DNA of 63,978 nucleotides, counting the filler, from Octopus bimaculoides (taxonomy: Eukaryota), in assembly GCF_001194135.2 (NCBI RefSeq). It is 6 parts of 6 records of this genome, joined end to end, with 100 filler letters (N's around TTAATTAATTAA, not from the genome) between each part and the next. Parts side by side here need not be neighbours in the genome. Positions count along the whole stretch, not along the records: positions 19,168 to 49,815 come from NC_068989.1; 5 more parts are not named here. One strand, 5' to 3'. The position numbers and the translations under genes are program-made. Each line of letters begins with the position of its first letter. The first letter of the stretch is position 1. This document shows positions 25,859 through 38,372 of the stretch, piece by piece. The notes beneath the pieces were generated by a model. That model was given only the letters and a program-made list of their open reading frames with translations, did not search any database and had not been told where the DNA came from.

Positions 25859-26561
25859 TGTATTACTGCTCTAAAGTTTTAGAGTATGCTTCTTTTCTGA
25901 TTTATGAAGTACTGACTGATGTATATATATATATATATATATATAATTCATTTGCAGTAGTGTATTCATTAATGTAACTCCCAGGCCATCAACATTAACA
26001 GACAAGAGTGAGGCATGGAATAATGTAACCACATGGTCAGGTTTAGAATTTGAAAAATGCATGAAGAGGATGTATTATTAATTCTATTTGGGAATTCATT
26101 ATTTGCTTCAAAATGTCCACATTTATATTATTTTATCCAGAGTGCATCAAATTTAGATGTTAATCAACAGTATTTATACAAATGTTAATTGATGTAACCA
26201 ATTTGTTTATTACTTTGGAAAAAAAAAAACAGTATTATTAGTCTTCTCTTCCAATCGAAAAAAAAAAAAAAAAAAAGTTATTTTCTTCAGCAATTACTGA
26301 GCCTTGCTCAAGAAACTGTGAGATCTTTTTATTTTTAGATTTAAACACAATTTAAGAACAGTATTCCTTCTGATAAGGCACAAGGCCTTTTTATTTTTTA
26401 TTTTATTTTGAAAGGGGGAAAGAGTATAAGTGATTTAATCAATTAGAATATGTTAATAGTTACTTTATCAAGCCTGGGAAGTTGATGTCAGCTGGATTTC
26501 AACTCAAAAACAGTGAGATATTGGACTAGATACAGTAAAGTAGCCAGTTCAATGTCCTACT

Positions 26562-26604
<43 letters not shown>

Positions 26605-26793
26605 CATCATTATTATTATTATTAATGGCTATCTTTGCCACCATTTATAATTAATAACAGAATTAGCCAACCTCATTTACATTTTACATCACCATGGCTG
26701 CACAAACCAACATTTGTGAGTGCATAATAAAAGCACAAACATTCAGAGATCCACACATTTTATGTAGTGATTAATATGTTCATATATATAGAT

Positions 26794-26824
<31 letters not shown>

Positions 26825-29316
26825 CACACACGCACACATACATATAAAGACAGACAAATACAGTATGCAACTAAGGTCACAGGTTTCAGTATGCTTGTAA
26901 CATCAACTATTACTGCACACATAAATCAGCTTTCATAAGTGCATTAATGATGTAAGTCTGGGAAGACAATCTTATCCAAGATTTGAAACCCTGTAACTAC
27001 TCAGTTTGTAGACAATTATCACCTCTACACTATTTGCAACCTCACCTAACAGATAGTGTACAGCCACCAAACAATTCCAAATAAGCAGGCTTTGTTGCTT
27101 CTAATCTTATACCAAACTTCCATCTTTGTATTATATTTGTTACCACTAAATGACTACACACAGGCACACACACACATATAGATTAATATATGTGTGTGTA
27201 TGTTTATGATGATATACTGTATGTTGAATGTTATGAAAAGGTAAAGTCTAAAATTGGTTTATGAATGTTGTATATTTAAATGACAGCCTATTGTGTTTAT
27301 AAATAGTCAAGAAATGTGAAATAAACAGTGTAATATGGTTTTAGTTAATAAGCACGTGCTCCTGAATCTATGTACCCCAGCCCCACCCTTTTAGATGCAT
27401 GCTCCTATATGAAGGGTTTTTTTTTTATTGAACAATCACTTAGGACAATTACATTTTACACATGAAAGATGTTGTAAAGAAATTTACTGAAAAATTTAGA
27501 AATTTCAGCTAAAAGGAAAGAAAAATATGAGAACTTATTAGATGAGTGGATGTTAGAATCTTTAATCTTTTGTCTTAATTAATGGCTGTGAGACTTTCCT
27601 CTCTCAATTGGTTTTTACTTTCTCTTTTCTTAGTTAATGTTTCCATATCTGAATTATTTTTACACTAGCATGTGTTAGGCGGCTCTTTATCTCCATGAAT
27701 TTATTAAAGCAAACATTCCCCCCTCCTCCCCACACCACTATTAAAACACTTCCTGCACACAGCATACTGTCCTTGTATTTAATAATCGAAGTGACAGTAC
27801 AACACTGATGACTTGTAGCTAGATGCACAGAAGATATCTAAGGGACTGTCAGTACAGATAGCATATAACAGTAGCCTCCAGCTGGAACAATGCTTCTCCA
27901 TGCATCAGACCCCAACTAACATACTCCATTCCATACATCTTTATTAATACCAGAAACAAACCACTATCTTCCTCGGAAGATAAATAATTCATTTCTCTGA
28001 AGTAAAGAGACTAGCCACAAATAGATATGTCACATCAGAGGTACATCATCAAAACAATCATCTGTACTTTTAGTGAAAGATCAGCTTTCCATTGTTGATA
28101 TTTCATGCTTTTATTTGTTCACTGTTTCTTTTTAATTATAATTTGATATTTATTTACAGTAAGAATTCTTTAATTCATGTATTTATTTATTTATTATGAG
28201 TTTGTTTAAAAAAAAAAATAACCCACACCCACATATCAATGAAAAGCTTAAATGAGAGACTTAGAGAAACCATATTTGTGACAGGAAGAAATCTTCAATC
28301 TGCTTAATCCCAGCACACTTGTGGCTTAAGATAATAGCAGGAACTTTCTCTGAAAAGGTGTGAAATATTGATCTCATCTCCTGTGTTTCGAACCAGTCCA
28401 TTCTTGAATTATCAAGGTACCATATATTCATTTGATAAACAGAAACTGAAAGAATATATATATATATATATATATAAGTATATAATGGGTATTTGCTTAT
28501 GTTTGTGCTTTTCCAAAACTCCTGCAAAAAACCAGTAAATTTGTCATTTCCTCTCTCAACAAATTGTCTGCTGGCTTTGAACTTTTTAAAGTTATGGAGA
28601 ATAACAGATAAGGATTAGTGACAAGAAGGGTATCCAGATAATAGATTCAGCTAACCCATACTAGTATAGAAGAATGGACATAGAAACATATTGAGTGAAT
28701 AGGGAATATGGCACCTGAAAATGACCAGAGAATGAACCAGTCAGAATGTAACGAGAAACACAAAAGATGAGGATAATAGTGCGGATAATTCCTAATGAGG
28801 ATAATTCATTCCATTCAGTCTCAGAAAAATAAACAGAGAGAATCATTAAATTCTTATGGACTGTTGCTCTGTTTTGTTCCATTTTAGACTTTCCCCGCCT
28901 CGTCCTGGCTTTCATTGATAGATTATGGTTTCAAGCAGTTAAATTTCTCATTGGTCTACAGGTGACATGTTATTGTCAATGCCAACAACTACCACATGTT
29001 ATATTTTCCAAAGTCTGATGTTACTAGTAGTTACTAGTTATGGCAACATGAGGCCTGAAGACAGACAGATATGCACCTGGTTGAAATGCATGTGGCAAGT
29101 CAACCAACAAGGAGCTTCGAAAAGTTCTGGACTTCAGAGTACAAACAAAGCCTCTTGCCAAGGAATACAAAACACTTTCTTTTATCAGTGAAAGCAAAGT
29201 GCTACGTAGTTTGCAATTATATTAACCCAAACATTTACTGAGGCTGCTGTTCCAGCTCTTAACCTCTTTTATGCACATAATCAAAGAAAATAAAACTAAA
29301 AAATAATTGTATCGAT

Positions 29317-29347
<31 letters not shown>

Positions 29348-29904
29348 NNNNNNNNNNNNNNNNNNNNNNNNNNNNNNNNNNNNNNNNNNNNNNNNNNNNN
29401 NNNNNNNNNNNNNNNNNNNNNNNNNNNNNNNNNNNNNNNNNNNNNNNNNNNNNNNNNNNNNNNNNNNNNNNNNNNNNNNNNNNNNNNNNNNNNNNNNNNN
29501 NNNNNNNNNNNNNNNNNNNNNNNNNNNNNNNNNNNNNNNNNNNNNNNNNNNNNNNNNNNNNNNNNNNNNNNNNNNNNNNNNNNNNNNNNNNNNNNNNNNN
29601 NNNNNNNNNNNNNNNNNNNNNNNNNNNNNNNNNNNNNNNNNNNNNNNNNNNNNNNNNNNNNNNNNNNNNNNNNNNNNNNNNNNNNNNNNNNNNNNNNNNN
29701 NNNNNNNNNNNNNNNNNNNNNNNNNNNNNNNNNNNNNNNNNNNNNNNNNNNNNNNNNNNNNNNNNNNNNNNNNNNNNNNNNNNNNNNNNNNNNNNNNNNN
29801 NNNNNNNNNNNNNNNNNNNNNNNNNNNNNNNNNNNNNNNNNNNNNNNNNNNNNNNNNNNNNNNNNNNNNNNNNNNNNNNNNNNNNNNNNNNNNNNNNNNN
29901 NNNN

Positions 29905-29968
<64 letters not shown>

Positions 29969-30299
29969 CTGTCATTGACAGAGAGTGAAAGAAAGAGAGA
30001 GTTGAGATTGAAAACTAAATAAAATCTAAAAAGCAAAACAAAATAAATAAACATGAGTCATATCTAAAGGAATGTTGAAATGTTACAGAAGGAAATATAA
30101 AAAAAAAAAAAATACTGACAAAAGCTGGAATTTGAAGAAAATTTCAGAAACTGAGCCATTCTTCAAGGATAAAAGTCTACAGACCAACAAACAGACTGGT
30201 GGCTGGTTAGTTTATTTGGTTGAGTTGTTGGTTGTTATTTTGACTTCTAAAAGAAACAGAGAGAGAAAGAGAGAGAGGTGGGGAATTGATTGGATTGCC

Positions 30300-30641
30300 T
30301 CATGTCCGAGCACTGCGTTCACACTCCATCAGACATTCTCGCACCAGTATGCGGGCATGAACGATGCCTCGCTTCAGTCGTTCAGCGGAGGATTTGCTGC
30401 CAGAGTACGTCGGACGTATATCTTTGCCCATGTCCTCGATGACCGCCAGAAGCTGGGTGTATTTTGTCTGAGGGTGTTGTGACATCTGTGGTAATTGCGG
30501 ACCCCGGTTGGCTATGGCCGGGGGTGGCGTACCATGGTTGCCATGTATGTCCAACTCTGAGCGTGGTGTGCCAGGATTGCTCATCACTGGCGTAACCGGT
30601 GAACTGGACGCTGTTCCTTCTATGATCACATCATCGTCCAT
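30300..30641 (-). CDS. CDK2AP1: Cyclin-dependent kinase 2-associated protein 1 (DOC-1, NuRD subunit), 113 aa
   Basis: C-terminus [56 protein letters not shown] matches the CDK2AP family signature (human [55 protein letters not shown]). A splice acceptor (TTTCATTTCAG) lies 9 nt upstream of the ATG; the exon starts at 30650. Confidence 0.96.
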   Translation of the reverse strand: MDDDVIIEGTASSSPVTPVMSNPGTPRSELDIHGNHGTPPPAIANRGPQLPQMSQHPQTKYTQLLAVIEDMGKDIRPTYSGSKSSAERLKRGIVHARILVRECLMECERSART

Positions 30642-31401
30642 CGTCCGGTTCTGAAATGAAATTTATACAAAACGAGAAATTCTCAGTGAGGTAGATATTT
30701 AAATGTACAATTTTGTCACTTTTAACAAAGGCAGCACTAAATTGAGAAAGCAAACAGGTTAATAAAATGAAAGTCAGGTCTATTATTGATTGAAGTGAAA
30801 AAAGATTTGGGAGCTTCTTATATCTTCACAGTCACTGTGCATACACTGCGACCTAACAAAACATTGAAAATCATTTGGTGGACTGAAAAAAAAAAAAAAA
30901 AAAAAAAAGGGATCAAAATTTGAAAATGGACTAAAATCCTCATCACCCCAAGGCAAAAATCGACCTTGGTGGAATTTGAACCCAGAACACAATGAATCAG
31001 AAAAGTATTTTGTTCAATATGCTAATGATTCTGCTTGCCTGCTGGCTTATAACATAGGCATAAGGCCAGAAATTTAGGAAGGAGGGGGAGTACAGCAAAT
31101 TAAACTTCACCAGCACTTGAATGGTACTTTATTTTATCAAGGATGAAAGGCAGGGTTGATTGTAGCTGGATTTGAACTCAAAATTTAAGTGCTGTAACTA
31201 AATATTGCATGGAATTTTATCTGACAATCTAACAATTTTCCTAATCCACTGTCCAATCATAATGATAATCCTTTCTATTAAAGGCACAAGGCCTAAAACT
31301 TGGGGTAGGGAGCTAGTTGATTACACTGACCCCCAGTGCTTAATTGGTACTTATTTTATCAACTCCAAAAGGATGAAAGGCAAAGTCAACCTCATCGGAA
31401 T

Positions 31402-31440
<39 letters not shown>

Positions 31441-31990
31441 GCCCTGATGTAATGTCAGGCACTGGCTCTTATGGCTTCTGATCTTAATTGATTGGAAGTG
31501 TTATCATGTACATTGTTTTGTCTTGGTATAAAAGATGGTCTACACCAAATATTCTGCTCAATACTACAGATCTGCTTGTCAGTTGTTTGACCGTAACCAG
31601 TTGAGCATGTCCCTTAGTGGCTGACGATATGTACATCTCTGATCATGAGCAGAAGTAGTGGAGGGAGCATCATAGCCATGTGTTGAGAGGAATTCTTTGG
31701 GGTTTGGATAATTCACTTTTGGAAACGTGGGTGTTTTGTTCATCATCCTTAAACAAACCTTATTCAAGGACCTTTTGAGCAGGATGGGCTACTTGACCTG
31801 AAGAAAGTTCTAACTGGGTCCCACTTGCAAGATCATGCGCTGTTAATCTTGATATGAGAGCATCATGACATGCACACATGGTTGTGATGCATGTGCCTGG
31901 TGTACCCTTATCAGACGGGTAGTCACGATGAGTATACTGTGCTTCGTATATTCTACCCCAGTGTCACTTTGATAGCATGCACTGCTCTCT
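31441..31990 (-). mobile_element. Unclassified interspersed repeat, probably a LINE 3' end with (TAT)n tail
   Basis: Non-microsatellite block abutting an (AAT)n tract at 31405-31440. No confident protein motif was seen. Confidence 0.4.
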
Positions 31991-32074
31991 TAATATCTCA
32001 GGGAATCCAAATACAGAAGAAATTCTGAAAACAGTGTTTATGGGGACACCTTATATCCTACAAAAACTACTGTC

Positions 32075-32745
32075 TACAGGGTGTTCAGGCTAAATTTGAC
32101 AGTTTGCATAAAAGGAAAAGAAAAAACAATATTCCTTCCAAAAATAAAAGCACTTTAAAAACATCAAAACATATCAAGTAGAGTATAGCTGGGAGATAAC
32201 AGTTTATTCAAAGTAGCCGCCCTCAGCTTACACCATGGCCTCAAGATGGAACCTGGCACATGCGTTCCTCACTTGTCCCTGGGAAGATCTTTGAACACTG
32301 CCTTCATCTTGGCCACCAGCTTGGCTTTGGTGCTGCAGGGAAGGTAGTTGGTGCTTTTCTCATCCACGTCCCACACATAGTAATCNNNNNNNNNNAAGCC
32401 TCACATAGCTGTCTGAATTGAGTCTAAGGTGGGCAGCATGACATCACCCTCACTGGAGACACACCCAAAGACCATCACCTTACTGCTGGCCACAGCTTCA
32501 TAGTCTCCGTTGCAGCTGTCCATGTCATGTCTTACAGCCTTTATAGTGTTCACAGAGCAGAGTAGCAGTCATGATGTCGGCATTTTGATACCCAGCATGA
32601 ATCATCATGATACAGGTAACTCTTTTCCAATATTCAGGTGGTTTCCAGTCCTCCATGTCAGCTAAGTTTTTCTCAACTACAACTTTAGTCTTTATGCTCT
32701 CCAATGCTGTTGTGTGTTCACTGATACATCAAGCTGTTCCTGAAA
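32075..32745 (-). mobile_element. maT (DD37D-type) Tc1/mariner transposon, internally deleted and decayed
   Basis: TA|CAGGGTGTTCAGGC terminus. Minus strand reads VMVFGCVSSEGDVM...LNSDSYVRL and DYYVWD...LPCSTKAKLVAKMKAVFKDLPRD...NACARF...EAMV*AEGGYFE*. Confidence 0.8.
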
Positions 32746-33019
32746 AAAGGAGACATAAAAAATTATCAAATTTAGCCTGAAAACTCTCTATATAACTCCA
32801 AAGCAATCTTTTGCCACCTATTATCAAAAACGCATTTTCTGAAAAAATACTTCTTACGAATCCAAGGCACACAATTATGAAACACAAATCCCTCTCACCA
32901 AAACATGGCACTTATCACCCATCCTAGTTATAATGCCCACTTGAATATATAACTTGTTGCCTCTTGAGGTCTCTGGATGTGAGTTGGACTCAGCTCATAC
33001 AAACACAAAACAAAATCCA

Positions 33020-33235
33020 AACATAATAATAATAAAAACTTGGCACAAAGCCAGCAATTTGGGGGGAGGGGTTAAGTTGATTACATCAACCCCAGTGTTC
33101 AGCTGGTACTTATTTTATCAACCCCCAAAAGGGGTGAAAGGCAAAGTTGACCTCAGCAGAATTCGAACTCAGAATGTAAAGAGAGACGAAATGCTCTAAA
33201 GCATTTTGCCTGGTACTATAAAGATTCTGCCAGCT
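33020..33235 (-). mobile_element. SINE family B copy
   Basis: Reverse complement of the 37113-37349 family (GGCAAAGTTGACCTCAGCAGAATTCGAACTCAGAA). Other copies or fragments occur at ~30930, 31030, 31270, 33480, 34970 and 13240. Confidence 0.75.
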
Positions 33236-35499
33236 CATGATAATAATAATAAATGCAGCATTTGGCAAATGGAACATGTCCCTTCCACAGAAAGCAGAAG
33301 AGCACACATCCAATTTGGTCAAATGTGAATAAGGGCAATAATATATGACAGAGGTGATGTAAGCATTTGCTACTTCTGCTCGATCTTTCAGGGATCGCTT
33401 TCTCTCGGCCTATTTCTGGGTGAGATTGGCCACCTTGCTCGTCACTTCATCATGATGATAATAATTGTTTCAAATTTTAACATAGGGTCATCAATTTGGA
33501 GAAGGGGTTAGTTAGTTACACTGATCCCTGTACTCTTCTGGTATGTTAGTTTATAGACCCCAGAGGGATGAAAGGCAAAGTTGACCTCAGTGGGATTTGA
33601 GCTCAGAAGGTAAAGAGTCAGAAGAAATACCACAAGTCACTTTTCTGACACTAGCAATTCTGCCAGATGACCGCCTTATGATATATTTGATATATCAAAG
33701 TAACACCTGTCAACTATATCATAGACAACATCAAAGCACCAGTAACAGTTGTTAACTAAACAACACAGGACTAGTAACAGGACCCAAACTCTCAATCTCT
33801 CCTGTACCCTCACCTATTCACCCTCCAAGATTACACAGGATGTTGTACATTCAGGCATTTATGCTTTTTCCCAAAGACTGTCTGTGCTGCCTGTAAAACT
33901 GAACAGAGTTACAAAAGTGGATAATGATATTCAGTGTGTTGATCTTGTAGAGTAAGAAAAAAAAATTTTAAGGATGGTAAACATTTGTGGCCATATTTGG
34001 CCCAAATATTCCACCTGTTTTATGTTCAATCTGGCCAGACACAGCTTCTAACACTTACCAGACAATGTCCTTCTAAAATAAACAATCATATCATCAAAAT
34101 TTCAAAGCTGCGAGATAGTGCAGGATTAGTTCAAAACAATGTGAAAAAATAAGCATTACATTTGACAAGAAATATGCCAAAGGATTAAAGATGATGGGAA
34201 CCATGGCAGGATCTGAACTCATAAAATGGAAGGACAACTACTTGAGTCCCTCTATAGTCTTTGTAGGGACAAATTAAACAGTAACAAATACTTGGTTATA
34301 ATTTTTAAAGGATAAATGTTGTTAACTACATCAACTCCAACATTCCAATGCTATTTATGTCACAGACTCAGAAGAAATGACAGGAGAAGTTCACCTTGGC
34401 AGGATTTGAAATGAGGATATAAAGAGGTGTGATTAAATAGTATTTGTTACTCTACCAATTCTGGCATTCCACCACTTTAGTAACAATAATGAGTGGTTAA
34501 CGAGACAAGTCAAACAATACAGTTAGCAACATAACAAGGCAATGCAGTACAAACACCATAACAATCATATTCTCTTTATGTTATGTATGAACAACATAAC
34601 AGTGCAGTTTTGTACTGATAAATCAATATAAGTTAAACACTGTAGGAACAACAACAATAATATTTACAACAAACAAGTCGTTACAGGTACAACAACAGTA
34701 ATGACAATATGTCTAACAGATCAGTTAGCGTACAATGGCAAAAACAACAGTTAGTATATACAGTGGGTGTTGATAATAACAACAGTTATAATAACAACAC
34801 AATATATATAACAGATCAGTAAGTATATACTGATGTAACAACAGTAACAACAACAAACAAGACCAGTTAGTAGATACTGTAACAACATATAACAAAACAG
34901 TTAGTACAGCTAAAACAATGACAACAACAACATGGACCATATCTGTTATCTCATCTAACAATTAGGTAATATTGGTTTCAAATTTTGGCACGAGGCCAGC
35001 AATTTTGGGGAAGGAATAAGTCAATTACATTGACCACCAAAAGTCAAAGTCAACCCAAGAGGCATTTGAATTCAGAACGTAAAGTCAGAAGAAATGCCGC
35101 TAAGCGTTTTTCTGGTGCAGTAGCAATTCTGACAGCTAATAACCTGACATCGTCATCATTTAACATCCATTTTCCATGCTGGAATGGATTGGACAGTTTG
35201 ACAGGAACTGGCCAGCTGTACCGAGTACCATTTGTCTGTTTTGGCACGGTTTCTATAGCTGGATACCCTTCCTGGGTGTTTTTTACTTGGCACCAGCAAA
35301 CCAGTAATATTAAACAGCATCAAACAACAAACCTTGGTCCAGTGAATCAGTCCACCACATCATCATACATCGTGCACTGTTATTTGCTACAATAAAAGTT
35401 CCACCCTACATGGGCTGAGGTAGACAGTGTCCACTAACTCTACCCTAACTTCTGCAAACCTCATAATTACATTAATGAGATTCACTATTTTCCTTTCAG

Positions 35500-35885
35500 A
35501 TGTATTTGTGCATCAAGCTGGTGCAAATGTGCACCAATGTGATGTTTGTGGATCAAGGGCAATCTATTTGTATAGGAAGCTGATGTATTATATGTATTTC
35601 TGCATCAAAGTGATTATATTTGAGCATCGAGATGGGTATACAAGTGCACCAAGGTGGTGTATTTCTGCACCAAACTGATGTATTAATACACCAAGGTGAT
35701 GTATTACTGCACCAAATTCATGTATCCATGCAGCAAGGTGATGTATTTCTACATCAGAGTGATAATATTTGTGCACCAATCTGGAGCATTTGTGCCTCAA
35801 AGAGGGTGTACTGGTGCACCAAGGCAATATATTTATGCAGTAAGCTGGTGTAGCTGTGTATCAAGCTGATGTTTTTGTGCACTGC
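35500..35885 (+). repeat. Degenerate ~21-bp minisatellite (GCACCAAGGTGATGTATTTCT-like)
   Basis: Recurrent CACCAA/CATCAA motif about every 19-21 nt. Part of it translates as heptads HQGGVFL-HQTDVLI-HQGDVLL. Confidence 0.75.
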
Positions 35886-36049
35886 ATTTGTGCATTCTCA
35901 AATCTTCCCCAGGTTTCATTTGCTTCGAACATGCAACCTTTTTTTTATAGAGCTGTCCTCCTCCAAATGCATCAAATGCTAATACTAACATAGTTTTTCT
36001 CTCTCGCACATTACATTGGATTCCTCTTCTGTTCAGTTGTGAAATGCGC

Positions 36050-36385
36050 TCTAGTAGATGTGTAACGTTAGTGAACATAAACAAAGAGACCATAAATGAG
36101 CTGAGAGAAAAGCTGAACATAAGAGAAGTTAGATGTGTATAAGGGAGGAAAACTGTTAGTACTGGCATGTGATGCATAGGGACGAAAACAGCTATATAAA
36201 GTGCTGCATGCTTAAAATGCCTGGAACTTGTGGAAGACAGAGACTGATGAAGTATTGGATGAAAACTGATCTATAATTACAGCATCTCATGGAGGAAACA
36301 ACAAAGGAACAAAGGATTGGCGATATGCAATGTGAGAAGATCTGCCTACCCATGCAGGCATGGCGAAATGGATGTTAAAATTAGC
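36050..36385 (+). mobile_element. Decayed RTE-clade LINE 3' end
   Basis: With frameshifts it resembles RWMCNV...NELREKLNIR...HVM...GTCGR..., the RTE ORF C-terminus. A similar fragment lies at 38835-38945 (KTWDKVLKANLKTLNLMKEMTVDRDMWCNAVLEKT). Confidence 0.65.
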
Positions 36386-36959
36386 AGTGCAGGAGGATGG
36401 GAGACATAATGTCATTCTCCCATGCTAGCATGGGTTGGATGGTTTAACAAGATCAAATGAACTAGCGAGCTGCATTGAGCTCCAACATCTATTTTGTCAA
36501 GGTTTCTATGGTTGAATGCTCTTCCTAATGCCAATCACGTTACAGAATGCACTGGGAGCTTTTTTTCTATGATTCCAGTGCAAGTGGGGTTACCAAGTAA
36601 CTTGCAAAATGAAGAAAAGAGCCTCCACTAAATGGGATTGCAGTAGAGTTTGAGGTGGTATTTATGCCAGGTGTTGAAGGATCTAAAGCATGAGAAGGAC
36701 AGACACAGGTATCTTGCTACAGATGAGATACATGGTTACACCACATTATGGAAGGGTTAGTAGGAATAACTGCAAAGTAAACAATGATGGGAATAACAAG
36801 CTGTCAGAGTGCAATACAAGAAAGAATACACATAAAGAATCAGGAAGGGTGAGTGAATAAGTTCATTATAGAGTTTGAGAAGAGAATGATAGATGGTGGG
36901 AGATGAATGTAGAGGTCATTGTAGTGAATAAAGTTGAGGTGTGGCCAACAGTAAATATC

Positions 36960-37371
36960 AGCATGGCAGTGGTGAAGGAAGCTTGCTTTCCAATCATGTG
37001 GTCATGGGTTCAATACCACAGCACAGCACCTTGGGCAAATGTCTTCTGTAGCCTCAGGCTGACCAAAGCCTCATGAGTAGATCTGGTAGACAGAAACTGA
37101 AAGAAGCCTTAGAAGGCGGCGAGCTGGCAGAAACGTTAGCACGCCGGGCGAAATACTTTGCGGTATTTCGTCTGCCGTTACGTTCTGAGTTCAAATTCCA
37201 CCGAGGTCGACTTTGTCTTTCATCCTTTCGGGGTCAATAAATTAAGTACCAGTTACGCACTGGGTCGATGTAACCGACTTAAACCCTTTGTCTGTCCTTG
37301 TTTGTCCCCTTTACGTTTAGCCCCTTGTGGGCAATAAAGAAATAAGAAACTGAAAGAACCCTGTCTTGTAG

Positions 37372-37407
<36 letters not shown>

Positions 37408-37410
37408 ACC
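36960..37410 (+). mobile_element. SINE family A copy interrupted by a family B insertion
   Basis: The family A 5' half ends at ...AGAAACTGAAAGAAGCC and resumes after 37349. Confidence 0.7.
37113..37349 (+). mobile_element. Full-length young SINE family B with target-site duplication
   Basis: GGCGGCGAGCTGGCAGAAACGTTAGC...TTCTGAGTTCAAATTCC...GGCAATAAAGAAATAAG, flanked by AGAAACTGAAAGAA at 37092-37105 and 37345-37358. Confidence 0.88.
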
Positions 37411-38089
37411 CGTCATGAGATCAAATAATGTTTGTAAGCAAGCATCAGTGTCCACCATACAATCCATGTTGTTTGATTTGTGTCTTCTATGAGAAACATG
37501 TTTGGTCATGGGAAAATATTCCTTGCATGGAAGCAGTAGGGGCATCCAGCTGTAGAAAATCTGCCTCAACAAATTCTGCCTGACCTAAGCAAGCTTGGAA
37601 AATTGAACATTAAATGCTGCTGGTAATTATTCAGTTCTTCAATTAATTGTATTACCTGTTCCCCAAAAATAACAAGTAAGGGGCTGAATATTCCACACAA
37701 AAACCTGAAAGTAGATTTCAGACAGAATCAGCATGGCCACAGTGTGTGAATTACAGATTTAAGGTTATAGCATATGACATTTTCCTCAAGATGCCAAGCA
37801 AAAGGACAGAATTCGAGATTTTGTGGTTGTGAAGTGAACTTCTTAACCATGCAGCCATCATATACCTATATATGCATACATGTGCCTTTTTTCAAACCCC
37901 TTTCATTTTTCTAATGTTTCTACCAGTCAACCCTCCGTCACCCACCATCTTATCACTTTCTCTAACATTCACGTTTGTATCATTCATGTGTCTTATGTCT
38001 CTATCAACTGTGCCCACTGCCATTCTCTTTTCTCACTCAGTGTTTATACTACTGGCACTCCATTCAGTTACGATGACTAGGGTTCCAGT

Positions 38090-38372
38090 TGATCCAATCA
38101 ATGGAACAGCCTGCTTGTGAAATTAACATGCAAGTGGTTGAGTGCTTCACAGCTACGCGTACCTTTAACGTAGTTCTCAAGGAGATTCAGTGTGACACAG
38201 TGTGACAAGGCTGGAACCTTTGAAATACTACTCATTTTTACCAGCTGAGTGGACTGGAGCAACGTGAAATAAAGTGTATTGCTCAAGGAAACAATGCATT
38301 ACCAGGAATTGAACTCACAACCTAACAATCATGAGCCAAATACTCTAACCACTAAGTCACACGCCTTCACTC
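38090..38372 (-). mobile_element. tRNA-derived SINE, family C-related variant
   Basis: Shares CAGCTGAGTGGACTGGAGCAACGTGAAATAAAGTG...GCTCAAGG and the tRNA-like head with family C. A related copy lies at ~40570-40868. Confidence 0.7.

Noticed and set aside
30072-30482. 136-aa plus-strand ORF overlapping CDK2AP1
   Set aside because: Antisense shadow of the real CDS extended through low-complexity UTR sequence.
34480-34960. Minus-strand hydrophobic ORF (VVVVIVLAVLTVLL...)
   Set aside because: Translation of a degenerate (ACA/AAC)-rich low-complexity tract.
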